Source of the DNA: a virus
IMG/VR virus record: IMGVR_UViG_3300048838_001809
Length of the DNA stretch: 64,000 nucleotides
Reading direction: 5' to 3' (one strand)
Part shown: positions 35,612 to 46,134 of the stretch, in pieces
How the letters are laid out: every line of letters starts with the position of its first letter
Numbering within the stretch: the stretch's first letter is position 1
The notes under the pieces: model-generated
What the model was told of the DNA's origin: nothing
Database searches by the model: none
The model's input: the letters and a program-made list of their open reading frames with translations, nothing else
Position numbers and translations under genes: made by a program

Positions 35612-36790
35612 ATGGCAATTACCTTCATTCCTAGCAGGCTGTCGCAATTCAGCGACTACTCCACGGTAGCGCTGTTGGCGGGCCGCGCTGGCGGGCAGAC
35701 GCTGATTGGCGGCACGGCGAGTGGCGAGGATCTGACGCTACGCGGCACGTCTCACGCCACAGCAGGCGATGTGATTTCGCTGGGGACGTTCATCGCGCGG
35801 CAGATTGGCGGGGTAGCCGGCACGGATGAAGTGCAGATCAGCCACGATGGAACTAGAGGGCTAGTCACTAGCGAGTCCGGTTATTTAAACATTGCAGCCA
35901 CAGGCATTAGGCTTGTAACGAATATCGGGGGCGGTGGTGCTGATCTTGTTATTGGGTCCGCTTCTACAAGAGATGGGGTGGTGACTGGTATATGGGAAGT
36001 GAATGGGTCAGGTTGGATTCGCGGACCAGAGAGCGGGATGTTTGCTTGGGGAGGCATCATCGGAGCCACTTTCCCTGACACTGCCATTGCCCGCAACGCC
36101 GCTGGTGTGGTCGAAATCAACAACGGCACGGCCGGCAGCGTCCGCGACCTGATGCTGCGGTCCCTACTCGGCAAGCCGGGCTCCGGCAGCAACGCGGCAG
36201 GCTCGAATCTCGTCCTAGCCCCTGGCCAGTCCACCGGCAACGCCACGCCTGCCAGCGTGATCTTGCAATCGACGGTTGCGGGTGCGAGCGGGTCAACGGC
36301 GCAGACGCTAATCGACATATTGACGGTGCAGAACGGGCGCGTTGCCATCGGCAGCGTGACACCACTGTCGCCACTGCATCTCAAGATGGATGCGGTCGGC
36401 TCTCCGTACTTTGCACAAGTCATTATTGAACCAGTATCTGGCGAAAGCGACGCCGTCGTCTATCTGAAAACGACGCGGGGCAGTGACCGCGAATGGTTTT
36501 TCGGAGCAGGCACGGGCGGCGCTGGCGACAGCGGCAAGTTCCGCGTCTTTGACATCACGGCCGGCGCAGACCGCCTGAACATCGACCACGACGGACGGGT
36601 TATTATCGGCGACACAAGCGGTACGGCACTACTAGACATCAACAGCGACGTGCTGCGGCTGCGAACCGCCAAGACGCCAGCCAGTGCATCGGCAACTGGC
36701 AACGCCGGTGACATTTGCTGGGACAGCGGATTCATCTACGTCTGCACGGCAACGGACACATGGAAGCGGGTGCCAATCGCATCTTGGTAA
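35612..36790 (+). CDS. Fiber-like structural protein (tail or head fiber).
   Basis: Gly/Thr/Ala-rich repetitive beta-helix-like sequence. Terminal 'GDICWDSGFIYVCTATDTWKRVPI' resembles conserved phage fiber C-termini. Confidence 0.55.
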   Translation: MAITFIPSRLSQFSDYSTVALLAGRAGGQTLIGGTASGEDLTLRGTSHATAGDVISLGTFIARQIGGVAGTDEVQISHDGTRGLVTSESGYLNIAATGIRLVTNIGGGGADLVIGSASTRDGVVTGIWEVNGSGWIRGPESGMFAWGGIIGATFPDTAIARNAAGVVEINNGTAGSVRDLMLRSLLGKPGSGSNAAGSNLVLAPGQSTGNATPASVILQSTVAGASGSTAQTLIDILTVQNGRVAIGSVTPLSPLHLKMDAVGSPYFAQVIIEPVSGESDAVVYLKTTRGSDREWFFGAGTGGAGDSGKFRVFDITAGADRLNIDHDGRVIIGDTSGTALLDINSDVLRLRTAKTPASASATGNAGDICWDSGFIYVCTATDTWKRVPIASW

Positions 36791-36894
36791 CAAAACAGTC
36801 GCGGGCCGTGCGTGAACACGACCCGCTAAACCGACCGCACGGCACAGAGTCGATCACGACAGTAACGTAACCAACAACCAACAGGAGAACGAAA

Positions 36895-37185
36895 ATGAGC
36901 GCACATCGACAAGCAGACCGCCAAGCCATCTTGCCACAACTGGCGAAATTTGCGCAGCAGCAAGTGGAACTGGCAGCCAACGCGCAAATCGCGCTGGGCA
37001 AGCTGGAACTCTGGAGCGGTGTCCAACTGGACGACTTTGGCGACGGCGAGGACGCACAGGCCAAGCTAGACGAAACGCTGGCAGCCGTGGCGGCGGCGAA
37101 GCAGTTGTTGAGCGTGCTGGACAGGCCGGTTATTGGCTTCGAGCCGCTGACCGTAAAGCAGGCGCTGTTGCGGGTGGCGAAGTAG
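36895..37185 (+). CDS. Hypothetical protein.
   Basis: AGGAGA RBS. Confidence 0.4.
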   Translation: MSAHRQADRQAILPQLAKFAQQQVELAANAQIALGKLELWSGVQLDDFGDGEDAQAKLDETLAAVAAAKQLLSVLDRPVIGFEPLTVKQALLRVAK

Positions 37186-37222
37186 GAACTTTTACCTGGG
37201 GCAGACAACCAGGAGAGAACAC

Positions 37223-37540
37223 ATGTTAAAAATCGAAGGCAATTCCGTGATGCTGAATCTTTCGCCGTCGTCTGGTGGTTTGAAACTTTGCAGCACGCCA
37301 CAGACCGCCAATCTGATGCCAGCTGGTGACTTGCCGTTGTCCGACCCATCGTTCACGAACGACGTGCCGAGCATTGTTATCCGCTCAACGACCGCGCCTT
37401 TTCAGTCCAGTATTACACAGCAGGAGCCAGTGCAATTCGAGGCAGCGAAGATGCTGCAAAAGCAACAGGACGAAATCGACCAACTGAAACGTCGGGTTGC
37501 AGCACTGGAAGCGAAGTTGGAGGAAGGCGGCGACTACTAA
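37223..37540 (+). CDS. Hypothetical protein.
   Basis: AGGAGAG RBS. C-terminal coiled-coil. Confidence 0.4.
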   Translation: MLKIEGNSVMLNLSPSSGGLKLCSTPQTANLMPAGDLPLSDPSFTNDVPSIVIRSTTAPFQSSITQQEPVQFEAAKMLQKQQDEIDQLKRRVAALEAKLEEGGDY

Positions 37541-37759
37541 ATGACCGACGAACCAACCCCCCAACCCACTCCCGACGAACGCCGCAAGAAGCTGGTGGAC
37601 GAGCAGCGCGCCGCCATCGAGCGGGAGATTGAGTTATTGACGAAGCAGCAGCATCACCGCGAAGTGACGCTAGTGCAGCAGCAGCAGGAGTTGCAAACCA
37701 TCGCGGCGAGAATCGAAGAACTGAAATCAACGCTGGTCGAGTGGACCGTGAAGGACTGA
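37541..37759 (+). CDS. Coiled-coil small protein.
   Basis: Q/E/R-rich helix. Confidence 0.4.
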   Translation: MTDEPTPQPTPDERRKKLVDEQRAAIEREIELLTKQQHHREVTLVQQQQELQTIAARIEELKSTLVEWTVKD

Positions 37760-37760
37760 C

Positions 37761-38657
37761 ATGGCCAAACTACGATTTTGGGCGCGGCAGTTGACCGGCA
37801 CCAATCTTTACGCGCACATCACTAACACGTCGGCCGAAATCTGGAACGGCACAGCCTACGAGGCTGTCGTTGCTGCCAATATCGCCACCTATGCCATTAC
37901 GCTCACGGAGCACGACGGATTCGGACTGTTTAGCGCCGACGTACCGGACCTGCCAGAAGGCTTGGCCGACGTTCCTATTTTCCAGCGGGCCGGGGGATCG
38001 CCAGCGACCACCGACGAGCAGGTAGGGGTGGGCACGCTGGATTGGAGCGGGAGCGCGGAAAGGACGCTGTTGACGGACACGCAAATTGAAGATGCCGTTT
38101 GGGATGCTGCAACCACCGATCACACCACCGCCGGCACGTTTGGCTTGCTGTTACAAACGATCAACACGGCCATCGCCGCTCTGTCTTCCGCCGCCGCCAT
38201 CGCCGCCGCGGTATGGGCCTACGCCACCCGCACGCTCACCAGCTCGGCCGCCGCGACGGCCGCGACGGTCGAGGGCGATAACATTACGATCACGCGCGGC
38301 GACACGGCCAGCATTTCGATCACCGGGCTGGGGTCGATTGCTGACCGTTCTACACTCTGGTTTACCGTCAAAAAGCAAGAGCGAGAGGCCGATACCAGGG
38401 CGACGATTCAGATCACCGAATCTGGCGGGTTGCTGCGGCTGAACGGGAGTACGACAACCAGCGGCAATGGTTCAATTACAGTCGACAGCGCAGCCAGTGG
38501 CGATGTCACGATCGCAATCGACGAGGCGGCTACCGCAGAGCTTGATCCGGGGCAATACATTTACGACATCCAGGTTCTGCGGTCTGGCGGCAGTGTAGGT
38601 ACTCTAACGTCTGGCAAATTCATCGTCTCAGCGGATGTCACTCGATCAATCAGTTAA
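37761..38657 (+). CDS. Structural protein, Ala/Thr-rich.
   Basis: 298 aa with a beta-rich C-terminal half. Lies in the structural block. Confidence 0.45.
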   Translation: MAKLRFWARQLTGTNLYAHITNTSAEIWNGTAYEAVVAANIATYAITLTEHDGFGLFSADVPDLPEGLADVPIFQRAGGSPATTDEQVGVGTLDWSGSAERTLLTDTQIEDAVWDAATTDHTTAGTFGLLLQTINTAIAALSSAAAIAAAVWAYATRTLTSSAAATAATVEGDNITITRGDTASISITGLGSIADRSTLWFTVKKQEREADTRATIQITESGGLLRLNGSTTTSGNGSITVDSAASGDVTIAIDEAATAELDPGQYIYDIQVLRSGGSVGTLTSGKFIVSADVTRSIS

Positions 38658-38668
38658 GCGGTGAATTC

Positions 38669-39445
38669 ATGCTCGTCACGATCGACGAAATTCTGATTTA
38701 TATTGGCAAGAGCACGTCTGTCACGGAAGCAGAGCGTGAGCTGATTTCACTGATCCACCGCCCAGTAGAGCGTGCGCTGCAAAACTACATCCAAAAAGAG
38801 CTTGGCCGTCGCCGGCATGTCGAATATCTGCCAGTTGGCGATGACCTGAAACTCGACAACCGCCTGGCTGATTTCGAGTACGAGAACGGCCGCGCGGTCG
38901 CCAGTATGGGCGTCGCCGGCAGCGACCGTTTGCAGCTCACGCATGCGCCCGTCATTTCAACGGGCATGGAAGTCTACGAGGACACTGGCGCCAACGCCGG
39001 CCACCACCCCAGCAGTGCCTTTCCGGCATCGAGCCTGCTGACGTTTGGCAGTGACTACTGGCCAGACACCGACAGCGAGTATGACGTGTCAGGCGATGTT
39101 GGCACGAAAATCTGCCACTCCGGCGTGCTGTTTCGCAGCGGCTACTGGCCGCGCGAACCGCGCAGCGTGAAAGTGCTCTATTACGGCGGTTGGGATGCGG
39201 ATCAGCTCATGGAGTGGGCCGAAGACATTCGGCTGGCTGTAATCAAGTCGATCGCCACCGAGTTCTGGAAGGTCAAGCATGGAGCACAGAACCAGGGAGC
39301 CGGGCCGCTGACTTCGGAGTCGATCGGCAAATGGTCGGGCTCGTATGCCACGAACCTTTCCTCGCTAGGCGCTCCGCAACTGATCTGCCCTGAATCACAA
39401 CACATTCTAGAACACTACCGGGATTGGGGCCGATTGTTCGGCTAA
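38669..39445 (+). CDS. Head-tail connector (gp6-like) candidate.
   Basis: N-terminus 'MLVTIDEILIYIGKSTSVTEAERELISLIHRPVERALQNY' resembles the gp6-like connector pattern. Confidence 0.4.
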   Translation: MLVTIDEILIYIGKSTSVTEAERELISLIHRPVERALQNYIQKELGRRRHVEYLPVGDDLKLDNRLADFEYENGRAVASMGVAGSDRLQLTHAPVISTGMEVYEDTGANAGHHPSSAFPASSLLTFGSDYWPDTDSEYDVSGDVGTKICHSGVLFRSGYWPREPRSVKVLYYGGWDADQLMEWAEDIRLAVIKSIATEFWKVKHGAQNQGAGPLTSESIGKWSGSYATNLSSLGAPQLICPESQHILEHYRDWGRLFG

Positions 39446-39450
39446 CCGAC

Positions 39451-39825
39451 ATGAGCATCGCATCACTCTGCACTGGTCACACGCTCGTTGAAAAGCCGAT
39501 CGCCGTCTCGGTCGGCTCGGCGATGGGCGTGGCGTACACGCCAGGGACCGCCAGCAACAAAACCTGTCTCATGCAGACTGTCTCGGCGTCCGAATCGCTG
39601 GGCTTCAAGGCTCGCGACCAGCGCGCGACGCACATGGCATTCTTTTCTTCGAATCCATCGCTGGAGTACGATTCACACTTCACTTGGACCGATGCCGCGG
39701 GCACCGTCCACGTTTTGCGATTGCTGGGGGCTTACGACGAAGGCCGGCCCGGCGTGGCGACCCCGATGTTGTGGATCGCGGAATTCGAAGAGGACAAGGG
39801 ACGGCTGGAGGCGGCTAATGGCTAA
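39451..39825 (+). CDS. Hypothetical head-tail joining protein.
   Basis: ORF, with position as the argument. Confidence 0.4.
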   Translation: MSIASLCTGHTLVEKPIAVSVGSAMGVAYTPGTASNKTCLMQTVSASESLGFKARDQRATHMAFFSSNPSLEYDSHFTWTDAAGTVHVLRLLGAYDEGRPGVATPMLWIAEFEEDKGRLEAANG

Positions 39826-40213
39826 ATCGCAGATCGGGGTCAATTCAACTGGACTTACCCTTTTATCCTTCGCGGCCAAGTTTTACTGGAAGCTCCGTCC
39901 GGCGGAATACCTGATTCGCCGTGAGATTGCCAATCGGCTTGACGACGCGGGGAAGGTCGCCTTACGCCAGCTTCGCAAGAATCTGTCGACGCCGTTCCCG
40001 CCCGCCAGCATGCCCGGCGAGTTTCCGCACCGCCGTACCGGCGAGCTGCAACGCCGCACGCGATACACCGTCAACCGCTCCAAGCTCACGTTGTCGCTGT
40101 ACGCCGACGCCAAGCACGCGCCGTTTGTCGAGAAAACGCGGCCATTCCTGACCCGCTCGCTGTTCATGGCCGCTGGCCAGATTATGGGCTGCTTTGGCCG
40201 GAGGCGACGCTAA
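39818..40213 (+). CDS. HK97 gp10-like tail component candidate.
   Basis: ATGgcTAA overlap with the upstream gene. 'FPPASMPGEFPHRRTGELQRRTRY' is gp10-family-like. Confidence 0.35.
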   Translation: MAKSQIGVNSTGLTLLSFAAKFYWKLRPAEYLIRREIANRLDDAGKVALRQLRKNLSTPFPPASMPGEFPHRRTGELQRRTRYTVNRSKLTLSLYADAKHAPFVEKTRPFLTRSLFMAAGQIMGCFGRRRR

Positions 40214-40642
40214 ATGCCCGATACATCATCCCTTGACGTTTTTGCAGCCGTCAAAGTAGCTTGGGACGACGTGAGCGGACTGTCGGACATCGACGGGCCG
40301 TTTTTTGGGGAGCGCCCCAAACAGAACACCGATGGCTCGGAAGTAACCTTCCCTTACGCCGTGTTCGAGAGCATCGACAACCGGCGAACACTGACAACTA
40401 CGTCGTCGGAATACTGGCGGCATGAATTCAAGGTCCACTTTTACCACGAGACAATCGAGCAGGCTGGCGCTGCCATGGCCGAGGCCGCCAGCGTCATTGA
40501 CGCGGCGGTCTTGACGATCGCCAACGGCTCGATGACCAGCAAGCGTAGGCAAGCCGAAGAAATGACGATCGACGACAAAAAGGTAGGGCGAGCAGCCATT
40601 GAATACCTCGTCGTCCGGCGCAAGGCGCTGACCGGGCGATAA
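40214..40642 (+). CDS. Tail completion / neck protein candidate.
   Basis: Position and size only. Confidence 0.35.
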   Translation: MPDTSSLDVFAAVKVAWDDVSGLSDIDGPFFGERPKQNTDGSEVTFPYAVFESIDNRRTLTTTSSEYWRHEFKVHFYHETIEQAGAAMAEAASVIDAAVLTIANGSMTSKRRQAEEMTIDDKKVGRAAIEYLVVRRKALTGR

Positions 40643-40716
40643 CAACTCGAACAACCAACGACGTGGGGGCCGTTTCACGCTCGCGAATTTCCTCTTGAAA
40701 CAAAGGAGTTCGCGGC

Positions 40717-41100
40717 ATGTCATCTGGAGCCGTTTCCTCAACTGGTTCGACAGTCAAAATTGGTTCGTCTGAAATCGTCGAAGTCACTGGCTTCGACGTG
40801 GATCGAAAACCCGAAGTCCACACCTACGCGGCGAACACGACGGACGGCTTCCAGGCTGCGGTCGTGGGAACCAAGCGAGCCAGTGGAACCGTCCGCGGCA
40901 AATACGACCCCCTTGATCCGATCACGGATCACATGGATGACGGCGATGCGGTCACGCTGTCCAAGTACCTGACCGCCAGTAAATCCACCAGCTACCCCTG
41001 CAAGATCGACGGCCTCAGCTTCGAGGTTGACATCGACACCGGAGATATCGTTGGTTGGGAAGCCACCTGGACTTCGCATCTGGCCTGGACCGACACCTGA
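40717..41100 (+). CDS. Major tail protein candidate.
   Basis: AAAGGAG RBS. 127 aa, beta-rich, directly upstream of the chaperone pair and the tape measure. Confidence 0.5.
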   Translation: MSSGAVSSTGSTVKIGSSEIVEVTGFDVDRKPEVHTYAANTTDGFQAAVVGTKRASGTVRGKYDPLDPITDHMDDGDAVTLSKYLTASKSTSYPCKIDGLSFEVDIDTGDIVGWEATWTSHLAWTDT

Positions 41101-41151
41101 TCGCCGTCTCGTTTGGCGTGAAGTGAGTCCACAACTCACCTGGAGGGCTTA

Positions 41152-41664
41152 GTGAGCACTGCTTTAGGTTTGGCACTCGGCGCGGGAGTGCCCGTCACCA
41201 TTGCTGGACAGACAGTCGTAATGCCGCCAATGGTCATGGATGACATTGCGACGATTGGCCACTGGATGAACAGCCGGCGGGCGAATCCGCTGGAATTGGC
41301 CGCCAAGTCACTGCATTACTTCCCGCCCGCCGAACAAGATCGTCGCTGGGAACAGGCCGTCAAGTCGGCCGCCGAGGCGTTTGCGATCGACCCGGATGTC
41401 GTGCTTCGCTTTATCGAGCATGACATCGAGGGAATGGCCATGAGCGTCTGGACGCCGCTGGAGCGGGTGTATCCCGGACGGTTCACGTTCGCCGCCGTGA
41501 AGGAATACATCGTCGAAGAGGGATCGAAAAACACTGCCGAGTTTCGCGACCTGCGCGACAAGCAGCAACAGATCAACGGACTGGATGCGGTGGGAAACTC
41601 CTCTGGCCAGTCACCGACGCCGCCGACGAATCAGCCGATCGAGGCGGTTCCGGCAGCCGGGTGA
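41152..41664 (+). CDS. Tail assembly chaperone (G-like).
   Basis: GTG start after a GGAGGG RBS. Sits directly before the tape measure protein. Confidence 0.45.
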   Translation: MSTALGLALGAGVPVTIAGQTVVMPPMVMDDIATIGHWMNSRRANPLELAAKSLHYFPPAEQDRRWEQAVKSAAEAFAIDPDVVLRFIEHDIEGMAMSVWTPLERVYPGRFTFAAVKEYIVEEGSKNTAEFRDLRDKQQQINGLDAVGNSSGQSPTPPTNQPIEAVPAAG

Positions 41665-41972
41665 ACTGGCCACACCTAGTCGCGATCGCTTGCATGGCGC
41701 CGGACTTTGGCGGCCACGGCAAGACGATCCAGGAAGTCAGACTTTGGACGCCCTACCAGCTCATCATCTTCACGATGGAGCCGGACAAGATCAACGTTCC
41801 CATGTTCCCTGGCAAGCCGATCAAGGGGAGTAGTCGCACCCAGAAAATGAGCCGCGCAGAAGCCGCTGATTTTCAGCAGAAAAAGCAAGGCAATAAGCCG
41901 CCGCCGACGCGGAGGCCGTCTACTGTCACCCAGCGTTATCAGCGGTCCCAGCAGTCGCGAAAGGCTCATTAA
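41661..41972 (+). CDS. Second chaperone-like ORF (GT-like). It overlaps the G-like stop by 4 nt.
   Basis: GTGA overlap. Basic, Pro-rich tail. Confidence 0.4.
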   Translation: MNWPHLVAIACMAPDFGGHGKTIQEVRLWTPYQLIIFTMEPDKINVPMFPGKPIKGSSRTQKMSRAEAADFQQKKQGNKPPPTRRPSTVTQRYQRSQQSRKAH

Positions 41973-44393
41973 GTGGGATACGACACAAGGCTCGGCGAAG
42001 CATCGATCCTGGTGAGCATCCAGGAGAACATCAAGCGTGACATGGGCCGCATTCGCAATGCGGTCGAGTCCACGATGGGCTCCATGCTGGCCGCGGTCAA
42101 CTTGCCGACCAGCTTTAGCGGGCTGGTCACGGACATTCGTTCGCTGGGTAATGAGCTGATTCGCACGAATGCTCAGTTCGAGGGCTTCGCGGCCAGCATG
42201 AAAGTCGTGATGGGCAGCGCCGGCCAGGCCCGCGCGATGATGCGCGAAATCGAGAAGTACGCGATCAAAACGCCGTTCACGCTGGAAACCCTGTTTCCAG
42301 GCGTGCAGCAGCTCATCCAGGCCGGCTTCGACCCGGCGAAGATGGTCGGCGAAAACTCGATCATGGAAGCCTTGGGCGGGGCGGCCTCGTCCAGTTCGCT
42401 TGGTCCTAACGTGGCCATGGAACGCATCATCTACGCCGTCAAGCAGATGAAGGACGCTGGCAAGGTCATGGGGCAAGAAGTGCTCCAGCTCTCTAATGCT
42501 GGCATCCCGTTCTGGGCGATCATGGCCGAGCAGATGGGCAAGAGCGTGCCGGAGGTGAAGAAGCAAGTCCAAGGCGGCACGATGCAGATCGACGCCATCC
42601 TGGAGACTTTCTTCGCTGGCCTGCGCAAAAAGTACGGCGGCATGATGAGCGAGCAGTCGAAGACGTTCGCCGGCATTCAGTCGAACATCCAGGACCGCAT
42701 GTCCCAGATCAAGCGCGAGCTGGGCGGGCCGATCTTCGGCTTCGCCAAGAATCGCGCGAAGGACTTCCTCGATTTCATCAACTCCGATGCCGTTGTCAGC
42801 GCCGTTAAGACAATCAGGGCGGCCCTGGTCAGCTTTTTCACTTACGCGGAAACGATGATCCACCGTGGCACCCAGTTTGTCGCCCAGTACGGACAGGCGA
42901 TTCAGCAGTGGGTTGCCGCCGCTTGGGAGCGGTCGAAGAACGCCGCTTTGGCGGCCTGGAATGCCATGTACCCGATTCTGGCGCAAGGCATCGCTTTCGT
43001 CACCGAGTACATTCCGACCTACGAAGAGATTCAGAATGTCGCGGCAGGCGCCTGGAACTACATCGCCGAAACCGCTGCATCGACCTGGGAGTGGATCACT
43101 CAATTGATCGCTCGCAACCGGGAGGAGTGGTCGACTTGGTGGGTCTACGTCGTGAACATCTGGAACAACCTGAAGCGCACGGCCAGTCAGGTATTCGAGT
43201 CTGTGGCGACCGTGATCAGCAAGATCGTGGACGGCTTCTCGATGGATCCGGTGAACACCGCTGTTGATGCCGCATTCAAGGGCGTCACCGGCCTGCTCAA
43301 CCAGTTTAGCCTGCTTAGCACCAACTGGCAGTTGACGTGGGAGTTGATGGTCCTGCACGTCAAGCTGGCGATCGAGAAGATGAAGGGCATGCTCGGCGCG
43401 TTCGTGGCGGAAGTGCCGGTTCTGATGGAGAAAGCCTGGAATGCCGCGGCGGATGCAATCAGCGGGAAGGACGAAGAGAATCCGAATGCCAGACGGTCGC
43501 GGATGCTCGGTCTGAATCGCCAGCAAACCGAGCAGCAGGAGCGGCTGCGCAATCGATACATCGGACTGGCTGAAACCGCCAGAAAACAGGGCGGCAAAGT
43601 GACTGATGAAAAGGGGCACGAGTACACAACAGAGGAGCTGGATAACGCAATCAACGAGTCGAGCCGGCGCATGAAGAAGCTCAAGGCTGAACGTGAAAAA
43701 ATTAACAGCATGAGCGACAATGAGATTATGGACAAGGGTTTTGGCCTTACCACCAAAGTCGAAGAGGGAATGATTACCCAAGGCATCGCCGGCTTGCTGG
43801 AAAGCGGCTCTCAGGCGACCAAGAGCTTTGGCCAGCAAGCCAAGATCGACTCCGATCGTGAGGCGGCGACGATCGAGCAGCAGATTGCCAAAGTGCAGGA
43901 GCAGATGCGTAAAGAGCGTGACGCCAATATGACGCTCGAAGGAAATGCACCAACGGGCGGCACACCCGCGACCGCTGGCTTGCCGTTTGTGCGCACGCCG
44001 CTAACCGATCCAGCCACCGAATGGGCGAAGAAGGCCAGCGCAGCAGCCAAGGCAGCCGGCGAATCGGATGGCGGCCTGGATGCGAAACTGCAAAACATTC
44101 GTGGCGAGGACATCCCCGACGAGCCGTTGCGGTCGCGGCCGCGGGCAGGCATCCCGCCGCCTAGCGCGCTGTCACGCAAGCCGAAGGGCAAGGTCGGCTA
44201 CGAAGGGCTAGTGCAGCGATCAAAGTCGATCCAGCAATCTCTGTTTGCCGCCAGTAAGGCGAGCCCGGAAGTGCGAGCCATGAAGTCGATCGAGAATGTT
44301 GGCAAACAGCAGCTCGACAGGCTCGGTGGCATCGCGGCCAACACACAGAAGACGGCAGACAACGTAATGAACATGGGTGCGAGGGTGGCGTAA
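41973..44393 (+). CDS. Tail tape measure protein.
   Basis: 806 aa, alpha-helical and repetitive. Conserved tape-measure core pattern ('...AIKTPFTLETLFPGVQQLIQAGFDP...QMKDAGKVMGQEVLQLSNAGIPFW'). Confidence 0.75.
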   Translation: MGYDTRLGEASILVSIQENIKRDMGRIRNAVESTMGSMLAAVNLPTSFSGLVTDIRSLGNELIRTNAQFEGFAASMKVVMGSAGQARAMMREIEKYAIKTPFTLETLFPGVQQLIQAGFDPAKMVGENSIMEALGGAASSSSLGPNVAMERIIYAVKQMKDAGKVMGQEVLQLSNAGIPFWAIMAEQMGKSVPEVKKQVQGGTMQIDAILETFFAGLRKKYGGMMSEQSKTFAGIQSNIQDRMSQIKRELGGPIFGFAKNRAKDFLDFINSDAVVSAVKTIRAALVSFFTYAETMIHRGTQFVAQYGQAIQQWVAAAWERSKNAALAAWNAMYPILAQGIAFVTEYIPTYEEIQNVAAGAWNYIAETAASTWEWITQLIARNREEWSTWWVYVVNIWNNLKRTASQVFESVATVISKIVDGFSMDPVNTAVDAAFKGVTGLLNQFSLLSTNWQLTWELMVLHVKLAIEKMKGMLGAFVAEVPVLMEKAWNAAADAISGKDEENPNARRSRMLGLNRQQTEQQERLRNRYIGLAETARKQGGKVTDEKGHEYTTEELDNAINESSRRMKKLKAEREKINSMSDNEIMDKGFGLTTKVEEGMITQGIAGLLESGSQATKSFGQQAKIDSDREAATIEQQIAKVQEQMRKERDANMTLEGNAPTGGTPATAGLPFVRTPLTDPATEWAKKASAAAKAAGESDGGLDAKLQNIRGEDIPDEPLRSRPRAGIPPPSALSRKPKGKVGYEGLVQRSKSIQQSLFAASKASPEVRAMKSIENVGKQQLDRLGGIAANTQKTADNVMNMGARVA

Positions 44394-45181
44394 TGGCTGT
44401 CGTCCGCGATCAAGTTCCAGGCTGGCCGCAGTATCGTGGCTCCATGGCCGAGCTGACGGCCACCACGAAGTTTATTATCGATTGGGATGACATCGATCCG
44501 CTGTATATCGAGCTGTTTCCCTTGGCGATCGCAGGCGTCCCGCAGCTTCCGGAGCTACTGACCGGCAGTTCGGTTCTTTATGCCGACAGCGTGTTTTTCG
44601 AGCCTCTGTGTGGCACCACAGGCGGTGAGTTCGACGGATCAGCCTACCCATCCGTCTACCAAAACGCACTAGCGACAGTCGACTACAAGACGAAGACGTA
44701 TGAGCACAACGGATCGAACATTCTGACGCGACAGATTTCGATTAGTGGCGAGTTTATGACTCTGCCAGCGCGTGCTCTGCGATGGGCCGGTGGCGGTTCA
44801 GACAATCTGGTGACTGGCGAGGATTTATCTGCCGGCAAGGTTCTCACTTCGCTGGAGCACTCCATCACCGCCCATCGCGTTCCGACGCCCAGGTATTCGG
44901 CGATCAGGAGCTTGATCGGCAAGGTGAACAGCGTTGCGTTCGAAGGCGCTGCGATCGAGACGCTGTTATTCATTGGCGCCGAGCTGAATCAGGAGGTCAC
45001 TGCCGGTGGCAGTATGCCGTGGACGGTTAGCATGAAATTCCAGGAGCGGTTTATCAACGGCAACACAGCGTTGAATTGGAACTACTTTTTGAGGCCCAAC
45101 ACTGGAACGTGGGAGCGACTGCAACTGGTCAACGGCGACCCTATCTATAACTCCGGAGCGTTCAGCGCGATGGTCGCATGA
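44393..45181 (+). CDS. Distal tail protein candidate.
   Basis: TAATG overlap with the tape measure stop. Position. Confidence 0.45.
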   Translation: MAVVRDQVPGWPQYRGSMAELTATTKFIIDWDDIDPLYIELFPLAIAGVPQLPELLTGSSVLYADSVFFEPLCGTTGGEFDGSAYPSVYQNALATVDYKTKTYEHNGSNILTRQISISGEFMTLPARALRWAGGGSDNLVTGEDLSAGKVLTSLEHSITAHRVPTPRYSAIRSLIGKVNSVAFEGAAIETLLFIGAELNQEVTAGGSMPWTVSMKFQERFINGNTALNWNYFLRPNTGTWERLQLVNGDPIYNSGAFSAMVA

Positions 45182-46131
45182 TTGAAGACATCAAAAAGTG
45201 GGTTAAAGGCGATTCGATAACGGCCGATCGGCTGAATGCCTACAACCGCGCGCTGGGCATCGTGGACGACGCCACGGTCAGTCCAAAGCTCGGCATGCTT
45301 CACAATGGCGCCGGCAAGCGCATCCTGGATGGCTATCGCGAAAAAGTCTTGCTGTTCGAGCTGACTGAAGACTTGGCGATCGACGGCAGCGACGACGTGC
45401 GTAGCGCACTGGCGAAGCGACTCGTCCTCGATCCCGACTCGAATACATATAACGTTGACCAGAGCGACCAGACGGAATATCGCCTCTATCACCCTCAAGA
45501 CAAAGAGAACAATGATGCCAGTCCGGGCAGACTGGATCGCGTACACGCCAAATTCAACTATCAGTCTAGTCGCTGGGAGATTATCACTGGCGGCCAGGGC
45601 ACTACAGTCGTCATGTTTCGCCCGGAAGAAGAATTATTCCGAGGCATGGCTGCCAACGCCCGGATCGTGGATCCGGCGACATTGCTCACCAAGCCCGGCC
45701 CGCAGATCATCGTGCAGGACGATGAGCGAAAATGGTTCGCGCGCGGCGAAACAGCTCCCTCTGGAGATGACGGCGGCGACCCCAAGGGGAACGCTTGTTT
45801 TGGGTTTGCACTAAAAGCCAATCTTACCGACGACGGGCAAGTCGGATCGGGCGACATATTCAGTGAGCTGCAAGTTTATACGGTCATTTCCGTGGGGACA
45901 TGGTATCGGTACATCACCGGCACGCTACTGGGCGACCAATGGGAGGTCGAAGCCGAGAACGTCACCGGCCACGACGGCGAGTGGCCACGATCGGACATGG
46001 GGACCAACACAGGAAAGATCACGCTCTATCCCCTGGGCTGCCTGGAGGCCGCTTACGGCGTCGAGTTTCGAGCTATCTTCAACGCCACTAATCGCCACTA
46101 CGAAGTGTGGTCGGCGTGCTGCCCGGAGTAG
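45178..46131 (+). CDS. Tail tip / baseplate protein candidate.
   Basis: ATGA overlap. Position. Confidence 0.45.
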   Translation: MIEDIKKWVKGDSITADRLNAYNRALGIVDDATVSPKLGMLHNGAGKRILDGYREKVLLFELTEDLAIDGSDDVRSALAKRLVLDPDSNTYNVDQSDQTEYRLYHPQDKENNDASPGRLDRVHAKFNYQSSRWEIITGGQGTTVVMFRPEEELFRGMAANARIVDPATLLTKPGPQIIVQDDERKWFARGETAPSGDDGGDPKGNACFGFALKANLTDDGQVGSGDIFSELQVYTVISVGTWYRYITGTLLGDQWEVEAENVTGHDGEWPRSDMGTNTGKITLYPLGCLEAAYGVEFRAIFNATNRHYEVWSACCPE

Positions 46132-46134
46132 CCG

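Noticed and set aside
41600-41670. Programmed -1 frameshift site for a G-GT tail chaperone fusion.
   Set aside because: No canonical slippery heptamer is visible, and the downstream ORF has its own GTG start. It is reported only as a low-interest observation.
41676-43838. 720-aa minus-strand ORF antisense to the tape measure gene.
   Set aside because: Same antisense artefact pattern. The + strand tape measure protein has recognisable family motifs.
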